A DNA stretch of 64,000 nt from Tubiluchus corallicola. Taxonomy: Eukaryota > Animalia > Priapulida. The stretch is from contig JAQGDQ010000519.1 in assembly GCA_030141605.1 (NCBI GenBank), positions 1-64,000 on the forward strand. The letters run 5' to 3'. Positions within the stretch are counted from its first letter, which is position 1; the number at the start of each line of letters is the position of its first letter. Below, in pieces: positions 12,160 to 25,656 of this stretch. The notes beneath the pieces were generated by a model that worked only from the letters and a program-made list of their open reading frames with translations, was not told the DNA's origin and did not search any database. A program made the translations under genes and the position numbers.

Positions 12160-13067
12160 TGTAATAATATGCGCAGTTTTTCTAAGTCTGAAACCAACTA
12201 ACTGCTCGGCTAAATCTAAAAGGAAAATCTTAAAAAGCTTCTTTCGAGATTCAAACTTAAAATAATTAGAGAATAATCTTCTAAAAAAATTTAATGAAAA
12301 TATTATGCTAAAAATTTCATGCCTTCTTTGACATACTTGTTAAAAAAGGGTGTTTAGAGCAAAAAAGCTCCTGCTTAAATTAACTTTACGTGATTTTTTT
12401 GGTTGTTAATTCCTAAAAATAGTCATTACTTGTTGTAATTACAATTTCCTAATTGAAAGAGTTTCACTTATCACATGGCCGACATTTTCCAGCAAAAAAG
12501 GTTTTAGCAACGCATGACAATGTGCAAAGTTTGCAAACTTGAAAAATGGTTACAGTTGATAGGTATTTTATACGCTCATGGGATCTATTATTAACAGCAA
12601 TTTTTGACAACTTCTTGCAAAAAACAAGTGTGACCTTTGTAAATACACGTGTTTTCTTGGTTTAGTTCTCATGCTGCACAGGTGACGGTCTCTCACGCTT
12701 CTTTGCCGTTATCACGTTTTTACGTGACACCGAATTCAGGATCCAGACAGTTTTGTTTTATGTGTATTTTTATCTCCAACAGTCTCATAATAATGCTATC
12801 CAAACAGCGTTTCTTTTTTCCCCAACGGGTCACACTAATGCTCTCCAAACAGCGTTTCTTATTTCCCCAACAGGTCACACTAATGCTCTCCAAACAGCGT
12901 TTCTTATCTCCCCAACGGGTCACACTCAGGAGACAAGTTAGGCAATTTGATTCTGTTTGAATGCATAGAGCAATTTCAAACAATTGAAGTAGAATTACGA
13001 TTATATAGTACATTATTTAACACTGACTGACTGACTGACTGACTGACTAACTGACAGACAGACAGGC

Positions 13068-13099
<32 letters not shown>

Positions 13100-15299
13100 C
13101 GATCGACCGACCGACCGACCGACCGACTGACTGACTGATTGACTGAGTGCAATGACCGACTGGCCGATTGCAATTTTTTATGCCTAAGCCTATACTCTAC
13201 TCTACTCTACTATACTATACTATACTATACTATACTATACTATACTATACTATACTATACTATACTATACTATACTATACTATACTATACTATACCATGC
13301 CATGCCATGCCATGCCATGCCATGCCATGCCATGCCATGCCATACCATACCATACCATACCATACCATACTATACTATACTACATATTTAGAATTCGCGA
13401 GAGGGCCACGGCGTCCCGTAACGGACGCTTTCCCGGACCCAACTCGCGATTTTTTCGAAATTTTGACCAAACAGCCTGCGGGAAAAACGTTCTAGCGTCG
13501 CCCGGTGGGACTCTAGGAAGGAGATATGGGGCTCTTTACAAAGAGGAAGAATGGTGCTACACGATGATGTGGGCTATATGTTAGGGCAGGTCCACCGAGA
13601 GAAGTACCGACCAGTTAATTAGGAGTTCTATTTTCGGCAATTTTCGCTTAGAAAATTGCAGACGCAATGCCATTGTTGTGACGTAATCCATTATACTCTG
13701 CTTATAACTTTAATTCAGCAAAAAGCTGCAGGCTTTGCGTTAGTTAAACAAACAGTAGGCATGATGTTACGGGCTTTGTGTTATAAATGAGGACTAGGTA
13801 GGATGTTCGCGTATTATTGATTACACGTGGTTTTTTACGCAAAATCTTGTGCGGGGCCTTTGCTATTTATTATATTATAGCACATAGTTTCAACTTTGTG
13901 AAAAATGTTTGGAATGGTTTTGTTGTAATGCTGTGCTGTTGGTGCTTGTGCTATAGGTGTCGTCATCGTTGCCAGAATCATCATCATCATCATCAACATC
14001 ATGATCACCACGTGAGGTGGTGGATTTGATGTGGTGTGGTGGTGGTGTGCTTTGTGTGTTGTGCTATATAGATGGTGTGGTGGGGTGATAGGGTGTGTGG
14101 GGTGTGATGTGGTGGAGTATTATGGTGTTAGTGGTGTGGTGTGGTGTGTGGGTGGTGCGGTGCAGTGATATGGTGTGGTGCAGTGTGGTGTGATGTGGTG
14201 GAGTCGTATGGTGTGGGTGGTGTGGTGTGGTGTGTGGGTGGTGCAGTGTGCTGCAGTGGTATGGTGTGGTGCAGTGTGGTGTGATGTGGTGGAGTGGTAT
14301 GGTGTGGGTGGTGTGGTGTGTAGGTGGGTGTGTGGTGTGGTGTTATGGTGTGGTGCTGTGCGGTGTGATGTGGTGGAGTATTATGGTGTGGGTGGTGTGG
14401 TGTGGTGTGTGGGTGGTGCAGTGGTATGGTGTGGTGCAGTGTGGTGTGATGTGGTGGAGTGGTATGGTGTGGGTGGTGTGGTGTGTAGGTGGTATGGTGT
14501 GTAGGTGGTATGGTGTGGTCCGATGAGGTGGAGTGGTATGGTGTGGTGCAGTGAGGTGTGATGAGGTGGAGTGGTGTGGTGCAGTGTGGTGTGATGAGGT
14601 GGAGTGGTGTGGTGTGGGTTGTGTGTTGATTTGTGCACAAAATTCTTTTTGTGGGGTTTGGCTAGTGAATAATTAATGCGTTATGATGCTTATTAGCAAT
14701 TTCATAAAGTTAATACAGTTCCAGGATAAACGTACTGATCGAGCGAGTTAGTATGTTGACGAGCATACGGTGGCCAGAAGCTGAACTTTCACTCAATGTT
14801 AAATATGCTAGTCTAAAGATGTGATGTAGCAGCATTTATTCATTTTATTTTAGACGTTGTTCACTCACATAGTCAGCTTATATACAAGAAAGGATTCGTT
14901 AGAATGGGTAAATAAAATTCTCTGCCACCCGCTTAAAAATATTCGATCTTAAAATTGAATCAGTATTTCACAGCAAGTTATTAATAACAGTATTCTGACT
15001 CAAAAACAGCTTACTTCTGAAACTAAATACAGCCTTGCTACGTATGCATGAAAAACTAAGTACATTGTATCTACAGCCTTGCTACGTATGCATGAAAAAC
15101 TAAGTATATTGTATCTAAAACTTGTATCAGTATTGTACAGCAAGTTATTAATAACAGTGTTCTGAGTCAGAAACAGCTTGCTTGTGGAACTAAACACAGC
15201 TTTCCTGTGTATGCGGGAATAACTTGGTCCATCGTAGCTAACGTACATTTAGCTTGCGTCTAGGAAAATTAAAGAATCCTCTAATAGCATTATTATAGA

Positions 15300-15683
15300 C
15301 TAGCAAAGGCCCCGCAAAAAATTTTGCGTATAAACACACGTATAATCAATAATACGCGAACATCCTACCTAGTGTTTGTTTACTTACCTAGCACAAAGCC
15401 AGAAGCTTTTACTGAATTAAAGTTATAAACAGAGTATAATGGATGACGTCAGAACAATGGCTTTGCGTCAGCAGTTTTCCAAGCGAAAATTGCCAAAAAT
15501 AAAACATGTAATTAACTCCTCGGTACTCCTCTTGGTGGACGTGTCCTAAAATATAGGCGACATCATCCTGTAGCCCTGTTCCTCCTCTTTCTAAAGAGCC
15601 GTATATCTCCTTCCGAGAGTCCCACCAGGTGCGGCTATAACGTTTTTTCCGCATGCTGTTTGGTCAAAATTTGGAAAAAAATC
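15300..15683 (-). mobile_element. 5'-truncated Helitron-like element, diverged relative of 1360-1780
   Basis: Co-oriented similarity to 1361-1780 (tagcaaaggccccgcaaaa ... gctgtttggtcaaaattt). Minus strand ends hairpin cgcaaaa-tt-ttttgcg + gggcctttgCTAG|T. Confidence 0.65.
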
Positions 15684-15838
15684 ACTGATAATATTTGTTA
15701 TTTTAGTGTTTCATGGGAGTGGTAAAGTACGTTATAATTGCTGTGGAATGTATAAAAGTTAAATAACAGTTATATTATATGAAAATATAATGGTAAATAA
15801 CCAAATTTAATATTAAATACATTTTGTTTTTAATAAAG

Positions 15839-16064
15839 CTGATGAGCATTTTTGGATTGGTTTAACCGACATACACGAGGAGGGTGACTGGAGGTGGTCT
15901 GCAACAGGTCGACCTGCCCTTTTTACTTCTTGGGACGTATAGCAGATGGCCAAGCAGATAATTACGGCGATGGCGAATGTTGCGCCATCCTGCGGGCAAA
16001 TGGGAACACGTGGAATGACTTCTCGTGTGATACAGCAAAACTGCCGTATATTTGTGAATCCTAG
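15839..16064 (+). pseudogene. C-type lectin domain terminal exon, frameshifted
   Basis: After acceptor-like ttttaataaag: DEHFWIGLTDIHEEGDWRWSATGRPALFTSW, then a stop and shift, then ADGQADNYGDGECCAILRANGNTWNDFSCDTAKLPYICES*. WIGL, QxD, WND and the Cys pattern are CTLD hallmarks. Confidence 0.85.
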
Positions 16065-16419
16065 GCGACAAGCTAGATTGCTTATCACGGAAATCCGAAT
16101 TTTTGTCCATTTTTAAGTCGTTCACCTCCGTTCTTGAAAAAGTAAAAAAAAATCGAATCGATATAAGGTAATATTAAACATGTTTGTATACTGTTGTTAC
16201 CGATTTGCATACTGATTATTAATGTGTATACTGACTAAACTTAGTGTGGATTTTACTGGTATTTGAGGACAATTTATACGCATTAGTACATGTTCCTATG
16301 TAGCAAGTTTGCAATTCTTGTACATGACGAGCAGGTGCTTATACGCGATTACGGCGTTGAAGATACCGGTTGTTCAAAACAGGTTGATGACACTGGTTCT
16401 CCTCTGATCACCGATCACC

Positions 16420-16608
<189 letters not shown>

Positions 16609-17344
16609 ATTTTGTGAATTGATTTCTATTGCTTTTTTGCAACTTATAAGTGTCTAATTATCTTTATTGAACTGCTTTATACAATTAGGGCTATTTCGCT
16701 GTTATTTTTTGGAGTAATTATAGACGAAAATCACGTAACCTAATTTAGTAATTTACCTTTATCAAACTTATGTTTTTCGCTAAAAACTTATTGCTGTAAT
16801 TTATTATTACAGATAAAACGACAATTGCTGCATATTAAACATATTTGGTGTTCTGGAGTTTAAATATAGTACAATGGGAACAAGTAAATATTGAAACAAA
16901 GAATTTTGAAGTGAATTTTTACATGTCATATCGGTTTTACCACCCGTCACTGGCGCAATACCTAATGCATTTAATTCCATATATTTATTGTACTATTCCA
17001 TATGACCGAATTACCCTATTGATTTCACAGAGTATTGTGTGTTTTCTTAAGATTTTGTCGCTAGATGGCGCCGGTCACTTATATTTCTCCTATAACCTTT
17101 GCGTTTATTGCGTGTCTAGAATTAGGTTACCTGGAACTTGAATACTAAATGGCTTGGGGCTGTTTTCACTTAGCTCACTGCACGGGTTTTGCGTTATAGT
17201 TACAGAGGCAAAAGTTTGCTGGTCAATTCACGCTCTGACTGCGTTTGGGGTGGAACTGTCTTCAATGGTACTCGTATGGAGTGAAATTGTCTGTACTGAA
17301 CTGTACAGCGGTTGCCACATAACCGTAAATCTATTTCTAGTCAG

Positions 17345-17523
17345 TTGATAGTTAGTTTGTTAGTTAGTTAGTTAGTTAGTTAGTCTGTCAGTCAGTCAGT
17401 CAGTCAATCAGTCAGTCAGTCAGTCAGTCAGTCAGTCAGTCAGTCAGTGAGTGAGTGAGTGAGTGAGTGAGTGAGTGAGTGAGTGAGTGAGTGAGTGAGT
17501 GAGTGAGTGAGTGAGTGAGTGAG
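17345..17523. repeat. (GTTA)/(GTCA)/(GTGA) compound microsatellite
   Basis: Direct observation. Confidence 0.95.
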
Positions 17524-17943
17524 CTATGTTGGTTCTACAGAAAGGCACAATGTATTGATTATATCTTGTATTATGTCTCTTAGATGTCAATTTGACAGGA
17601 ATTGCAAAAAACTTAGGAAGACCTTGTCAAGCACCTTCAAAGAACAAATGTTCTCTCTTGCACCATTTTCAAGTTAAAGTGCGTATAAAATTATTTGCTC
17701 CTGAATCTGATTCTTAAGCATCAACCAAAGCGAAGTATGAATTTTTGACTAGAAGGTCCCAGAACGATGGGTCCTTTTGGACCTTTTCAAGATTTTTGAA
17801 CAGTTTCGAAACTAACCAAGACGTCAATGTACCAACTGACGAGAATAGATATTGTATCTATAGGTTACTATATTTATATATATATATATATCATTGTATG
17901 TACAAGTAAGCAATATGGTGCATTGTAATACAAGTAAGTGGTG

Positions 17944-18468
17944 CATTGACAGATAATCACATAATTCATATTTAACTATTTAAAAAAAAATTTTTTCACT
18001 CTTTAAGGCTCACTCAAAATCGTAATTACATATTATGTTTTCCTTTCTCAACTTTCAGGTTTATTGCTCTTATACCATTGCTATTATTACATCATTTACT
18101 TCATCCTTATTTACATTAACTTATCTACAGAAGCATGCATAACTATAATCATTTTTCATTTAAGTAAGGTGAGTGTGTTAATGACAGTTTGGTCGTACAC
18201 TCACCTCGCACTACTCAAATTTTTACATCATTTACTTCATCCTTATTTACATTAAGTTATCTACAGAAACATGCATAACCATAATCATTTTTCATTTAAG
18301 TAAGGTGAGTGTGTTAATGACCGTATGGTCGTACACTCACCTCGCTCTACTCAAATTATTACATCATTTACTTCATCCTTATTTACACTAAGTTGTCTAC
18401 AGAAGCATGCATAACTATGATCATTTTTTCATTTAAGTAAGGTGACACTCACCTCGCACTACTCAAAT
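17944..18468 (-). repeat. Third copy of the 137-bp array (~3 units) with its unique flank
   Basis: Matches 10566 onward (cattgacagataatcacataattca...ttataccattgctattattacatc), followed by array units. Confidence 0.92.
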
Positions 18469-18513
18469 CATTTTATTTAAAGTTTATTAATGTGTTTGAT
18501 ATTGTATTTTGAT

Positions 18514-19353
<840 letters not shown>

Positions 19354-19482
19354 TGTGTATATGTGTATGTGTACGTGTACGTGTACGTGTACGTGTACGT
19401 GTACGTGTACGTGTACGTGTACGTGTACGTGTACGTGTACGTGTACGTGTACGTGTACGTGTACGTGTACGTGTACATGTAC

Positions 19483-19528
<46 letters not shown>

Positions 19529-19588
19529 GTGTGTGCGTGTGCGTGTGCGTGTGCGTGTGCGTGTGCATGTGCATGTATATGTATATGT
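19354..19588. repeat. Compound hexamer microsatellite (gtgtac/gtatat/gtgcgt/gtgcat)
   Basis: Direct observation. Confidence 0.95.
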
Positions 19589-19899
19589 AACCTATTAACT
19601 CTATGATATAATCAAAGCGCAGACCAATAACTTAGAATTATTTGGCGTGACCTCTGATTCAAGGACATTATACAATGTGGATAGCTGGTGATTTAGTAGC
19701 ATCTTAACATCAATGTGACCAGTCAATATCGGTTCAGCGTGGGCTTCTTTCTACAATAGACCGATCGTAGACTTTTACATGACACCATGAAATCTCCAAA
19801 CATCACCTGGTTCATTGAGTCGTACGCTAATGATTTATATAGTTTCGCCTCGCATGCAGGTCTACGCTCAACTAACACAAGTGTTTTTCCTTTGGAAAC

Positions 19900-20242
19900 T
19901 TCCTTTGGTTACTTTGCCGCCGCGTCTTACATCCGCCCTCTCCTGTCACGTCAGATTTGCTATTGATCTCCGGCTAGGAAGAGGCGATCGATAACACAAG
20001 GAGGCGATTCGCCGCCACTGTACTACTGCCATGCAGTCAAAACCACGTTAAATCTAGCATTTAGCGCGTGTAAAGAACAGCTCCCCCAGAGGTGCAGGTG
20101 TACGATTTCACATCGACGAGTGTTGATTACAGGTGTGTAAAGGTGAGAGATTATACTCGTAAAACCAGTAGTGTGGCAGGCTTCCAGACTGAGTCGAATG
20201 ATCTTTTGTAGGCGCATTTTGACGTAAAATGACATGTCACTG
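19900..20242 (+). other. Candidate non-coding first exon / promoter of the KIAA0513-like gene
   Basis: Locally CpG-richer sequence ending in a strong donor ctg|gtaagt at 20242/20243. The first coding exon has an acceptor at 23506-23507, so an upstream exon is required. Confidence 0.35.
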
Positions 20243-20879
20243 GTAAGTTTTATGCCACTTATTGTATTTATTACACACTAACATGGTTACGTTCTGCATG
20301 TTTATGGTACTTTATCGTAAACAAATTCATAAATAACGTGAAATTAATTTGAGTTGGTTAATGCACATTACTTCATTTCACAAACCACCGAATGGTTCCG
20401 TTCTTGATGTACACATTGTTAATACGTGTGAGAATGAATGATGTTTATATTATGTTAATACTACAGCTGCTTGAGTTTAGCAAATAGTAAAACGTTAATA
20501 AACGAAATGAGCAAGATGAATTGAAAAACTAAAGTCAAAACGTCTTCGGGACGTAAATTTGAGCAGGTCAGGTTGTCCCTCATGTTGGACAGTAGATTTT
20601 GAAAATCTATTTTGAAAAAGGATTTTGAAGATTTTCGATAGTAGCCCTGATTTAAAATTTACGTCCTTGAGTGTAGCCTGTGTAGGTCATTCTCATCTTT
20701 AAATTATTTGATGTTTGGTATAGTTCAAACTTTGAATTAATGTGAACCATGCTTTAGCAGTTCACAATAAGCCTTTTTCGCAGTTCCAGTGATTGATGAT
20801 GATCGTGAAAAGGTCACAAAGGTTAAGTGTTTATTTGTACATCCTTAACAACGCCTCGCAGCCCATGCTATTGCAATGG

Positions 20880-21315
20880 TTTTTTTGGTTGGCATTCTTC
20901 TGTCTCGGAAGACAATGGAGTGTGCGCCAAGAGAGTCAGTTATTGATCACATTGATGGAGCTGCAGCGTCGACTGTGGCTGAGCAGTGCGATCCTTGAAC
21001 GTCTCCAGGGCGCACACCTGGGCAAGGTGTATGGAGATCCTGAGTTGCCCAAACCGCAGGAACCCCCTCTCTTCCTCTCTGGTGCAGTCCAAAGGAAAGC
21101 GGAGCGATACGTTTGGCACCAGGTTGGCTGCAGGAGCTGCCGAAGTCAGTGAGCATGCTGCACTGGTCCGCCTTCGGGGCTCCACTCCTGATTTGGAAGG
21201 TTTACTCCTCTACACATGGCCGTTGGGTCACTTGACCTCCTCCGCCCTCTAGTCGTTGGCTGCTTGTGCAGCTCCTCCGCCTAGTGTCGAGATGCAGTGT
21301 GGGCATTGCCATACC
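20880..21315 (-). mobile_element. RTE-related bipartite SINE-like element, copy 1
   Basis: Highly similar to 49221-49669. Minus-strand 3' end gcgcacactccattgtcttccgagacagaagaatgccaac resembles RTE 3' termini. Candidate TSD gctattgcaat at 20867-20877 and 21316-21326. Confidence 0.75.
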
Positions 21316-21473
21316 GCTATTGCAATAGCAATTAAGAAAAGGGACGACTGCTAGCTATAGAACTTTACCTATTTCATTATTCCCAAGCAAGATCCCGCTC
21401 ATACTAATGCATTATATAGTAAAGTCCACGAAAACAACTGAAGTTATTGAACTGGGCTTTGCTCTACGCACAT

Positions 21474-21548
21474 GTCACGTGACGCTTGTAGCTAAAACTC
21501 GTTGCTGTGGTACACTTAACCTTTGACCTACAGCAGCTGCGCATGCGC
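21474..21548. promoter_or_regulatory. E-box/CLEAR palindrome GTCACGTGAC and NRF1-type TGCGCATGCGC motif pair
   Basis: gtcacgtgac at 21474-21483 and tgcgcatgcgc at 21538-21548, about 2 kb upstream of the first coding exon. Motif match only. Confidence 0.35.
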
Positions 21549-22929
21549 GCAATGACGCGAAACTGTGAAAAGTTATTGTTTCCAGTTAGAAATTTAAATC
21601 ATACACGTTTATAATTTTTTGTGAAGTACGTGCATTGGATTGATAACACATAAAAATAATATTCACCTACTTATAAATTTTAACTTTTTAGATATAAGTG
21701 TTATTAAACTTGTTACTTCATAGTATGTATTATGAAAACGTGCATGTAATGCTATATTGGTACATGTTCTTGTCGGCTTAGTTACTCATAAGGTTGGTTA
21801 GTCATAAACGTTTTGACAGGCGTTTAGACATTCACGCAATCTGCAAGTGACAGGCACGTAATACAAGCATTTTCTGCTCTGATTTTTACTTACCAAGTAA
21901 ATGTTAATCTTGCTACTCGAATAGACAACGCTTGTAGGTGTGGTTTTTGTAGCGTAATGTTAGGCCTACCGTGCTGCCATCTACATGGACATGCCACAGA
22001 GCCTGTCACACCATGCACGACAATGTATCCATTATGTTTACTCGTACTAAAATGTTTGCAAAAACACACATTAATACACTGCACAGTCAACAAACACGGT
22101 TAGTAAACAATAAACATACAAATACTGAATTTATAACGAAAGTTAACATAGTAACATAGTCAAGTATATGGCTGTATATCCATAAATTCGTTATTGTAAC
22201 ATAAACGTATAACAGTAAGTACCTTCAAGACACATTAGAAATTCTCGTATAATACTTGCACGTATGAAGTCATCCTACGTCAACAACAGATAATTCTAAT
22301 TTGCAATAGTCTGTCTAACCGCAATTGACTACACTACAATTTATTATGACTAAATATGTTGTCTAGAGACTAAAAAATGAGATTGACATTAGTCCAAATG
22401 ATGTTTCTTGCATCGCCATTGACATTATTTTATAGTCAGAAATTTGACCATTCTTTTCTCAGATTCTAAGCACAGTTAGTAATGTCTTTGACATATTAGA
22501 ATGATAACCGTCACACTTTCTGGAATAGCTGAAAAGTGGTGCAAACGAACATTTTTCATCTGTAAGTCTTTAGTGTATGGTAGTATCAAATTATCAACCA
22601 TGTAGTTTCACTTGTGCAAATATTATGAATGGTGAGCAACGTGTTACTGCAGTGGAAGCGCTTATGTAGGGTTGAGGCAATTCTTGTTGCCTGTTGCACT
22701 TTAAACCAATCAAAATAGGTGTTTGTTTGTGGTAGCTAACAGTCAGCGGGCTCTTATACTTCCGGTAATAGGTACAAATTATTTGACTACATGCATATAT
22801 TTTCAACCATGAGGATAAACCCAACCTGAAGACCAAAAAAGGCCCTCCTTATTGCTTATCAGTAGAAAGAAATTAACTACAAATTATATATTACTATATA
22901 TTTATAATCTATGTAAAATATAATTATAA

Positions 22930-23192
22930 TATGATATGATATGATATGATATGATATGATATGATATGATATGATATGATACGATACGATACGATACGAT
23001 ACGATACGATACGATACGGTGCGGTGCGGTGCGGTGCGGTGCGGTGCGGTGCGGTGCAGTGCGGTGCGGTACGGTACGGTGCGGTATAATGTAATGTGAT
23101 GTGATGTGATGTGATGTGATGTGATGTGATGTGATGTGATGTGATGTGATGTGATGTGATGTGATGTGATGTGATGTGATGTGATATGATAT
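22930..23192. repeat. Compound pentamer microsatellite (atatg/atacg/gtgcg/atgtg)
   Basis: Direct observation. Confidence 0.95.
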
Positions 23193-23534
23193 AATATAAT
23201 AATGCAATTGCAATATATAATCTTTCATAAAACACAAAAGTTCAAAATTGTACGGATTCGTTAACACATGGAAATCCGCAAGTTGCAAAAATAATTTTAG
23301 ACTTCATAGCCTCATATTAAATGAGTTAGATAATAAGTTGTTTGCAGTTGAACGACCGTGTCACATATGTGAGTTTTGTCAATTTATGTGTAGTGGATCA
23401 GAGAGAGGAGTTTTGCGTATATATTACTACCAAATAATACCTACTAAGTAAGTAAAGCTTCATGCAAAATAGAAATTAAGTTAATATGCACAATTTGTTG
23501 TTTTTAGATGTGAGAAACAAAAGAGCATAACAAA

Positions 23535-24301
23535 ATGGATGTGCAACAACCTGATGCAGATCAGTTGCCCTCAGTTGATAACAATCCTGCACCCGTGGAC
23601 TCTCAAAAATCGCGTCCTCCCGATGTGAACACAAACAGGAAACCCGGATTTCTTAGTCGAACGCTGAGCGACGGCACACAGCGGTTTCTGGATTCCATGT
23701 CGTCGAAAAAAAGTGGCTTATTGACTAACATTTCATCAACAATGGACAGTGTAACTGGAAGCATTGGAGGCACTTTGGGTACTGTTTCCGGTTCCGTGCA
23801 GACTGCTGTTGGAGCAGTAGGTGGATCGGTACATTCAGCTGTGGATGTCGTAGGTGGAACAGTCCATTCGGCGTATGATGTTGTTGGGGGCACTGTCCAC
23901 TCCGCATACGACGTGGTTGGGGGCACTGTCCACTCAGCATACGATGCAGTCGGTGGAACCGTAACACAAACCCTCGACACCATCACCGGGAAGAGGTCTG
24001 ATAGTCAAGACATCAACGACGGAAAGGGGGAATACTCAACTGATGGAGAAGAGATTCTACGGACAAGACCGAAGGACCGCGATTCCGCCTCTTTGTCCAA
24101 CTACTACAATCCAGATGACCCTGAAGGATCACGCCGAAGAAAAAGCTCAGGATCTTCTGATGATGAACCTTTTGGCGGGGAAATGATTGAGAGATCAGAA
24201 TCCATGCAGTCTTGGGATAGTCAGGAGGAACAACCCGATGAGTTCCACAGGGAATGTGTAGAATTTATGCGAGTTTTCGTTCAACAGGTTTTCAAGGAAA
24301 G
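23535..24301 (+). CDS. KIAA0513: KIAA0513-like protein, coding exon 1
   Basis: 256-aa ORF ending ECVEFMRVFVQQVFKE; acceptor at 23506-23507; donor ag|gtgaga (phase 2). Confidence 0.88.
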
Positions 24302-24589
24302 GTGAGATCACGTGTATTCACATTTGACTAATTAAATTAATCAACCCGAATATAATTAACCTATGACTGTTTTAATCAAGAAAAAATTAACGCACAGTAA
24401 AATATTTGCATCTTGGCGGGCACATGTGTGCCTCGCGTGCATTGATTTTACCTTGTCCTGTTTTTTGTTGTACATCTTTTATTCTACATAATACTACATA
24501 GTGGATATTTGAATGTTTGAATGAAATAAAAAACATATAAAGAAGATTAGATTTCTTTTATATGACCATGAAATACCAGATAAAGACTT

Positions 24590-25140
24590 CTACACAATCC
24601 TGTTTTATATAAATACATCAACAATATTAACACGCCCTTCATCAAAAATAAGCTTCAACTCCTCTTGGAGCCAACATTAAATCCAAGAACACACAATATT
24701 AAACAAACACGCACTAATAACAAATACGGCAACAATTCTATCACTAAACAAGGAGTTCAACTTTGGAATGCCCTGCCATCAAATTTAGAACAAATCAAGT
24801 CTTTCGACGAATTCAAATCAAAATTAAAAATACATACATTAAATCGTTTTGAAAACCCAACATACGTAAACGATAATATATATTCATCCGCAAATTTTAT
24901 TTACCCACGTCCATTTTAAATTATATGTATATATTGTATATAGTCTATTATAATTTGCGTGTAACATTATAATGTATATTTTGTTTTAAATTTTTGACAC
25001 AGTAGTTTTTAGTTTGTACTGGACGCATTTGCCTTTAACAGTTGTGTGAATTTTATTCTAATGTTGCGATGTTCTTTTATGCATTTATAGTTATGAATAT
25101 CATTTTTTTATGGCAAATAAAGATTATTATATATATTATA
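24590..25140 (+). mobile_element. 3' remnant of CR1/L2-group LINE
   Basis: Peptide RTNNKYGNNSITKQGVQLWNALPSNLEQIKSFDEFKSKLK, typical of LINE ORF2 ends, followed by aataaagattattat tail. Confidence 0.6.
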
Positions 25141-25352
25141 TATATAAAAACATTTACACCAAACTATAATAAAATACTAGCGACACTAAAATACTGCGAC
25201 TCTTAGAATGCATACAGTAAATATGAATTAGTACTTAATTTATAGAAAATCAAGATAATCAAAATAAAAATGTAGCTGCTGTTATATTTCACGATTATGA
25301 TTATAATTGTCTTAAAACTATTTTCATCAACAGTCTGTCATTTTGATTGCAG

Positions 25353-25401
25353 TGATGATATTCCTCAAGAGATGAAAGCACACTTTGGGGAATTGTGTCA
25401 G
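25353..25401 (+). CDS. KIAA0513: KIAA0513-like coding exon 2 ((S)DDIPQEMKAHFGELCQ)
   Basis: ttgcag| ... cag|gtaggt; phase-compatible with neighbouring exons; resembles the EKARFGEYC segment. Confidence 0.85.
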
Positions 25402-25656
25402 GTAGGTTATTATATCACATTCGCTATTGACCTGATTCATATGGCCTAACGGCAAGTATAAGAAGGCTACGAAAGTAAGATTGTGACCTCCGTAGTGCAG
25501 CCATGAGTCAGGATCATGATTAAGCTGCATTTTTAACCACATCATCAAGGAAATCGATCCTAGCATGAAAATTGTTGCTATTTCACAGATTATGCTTATG
25601 CTTAGTACTAGCTACAACTATAAAATATGAGGCTTTGGAGCCACAGCGAACTTTAC

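Noticed and set aside
17056-17075. CTCF-like motif tcgctagatggcgcc
   Set aside because: A single short motif match; similar strings occur several times in the window and no functional evidence is available.
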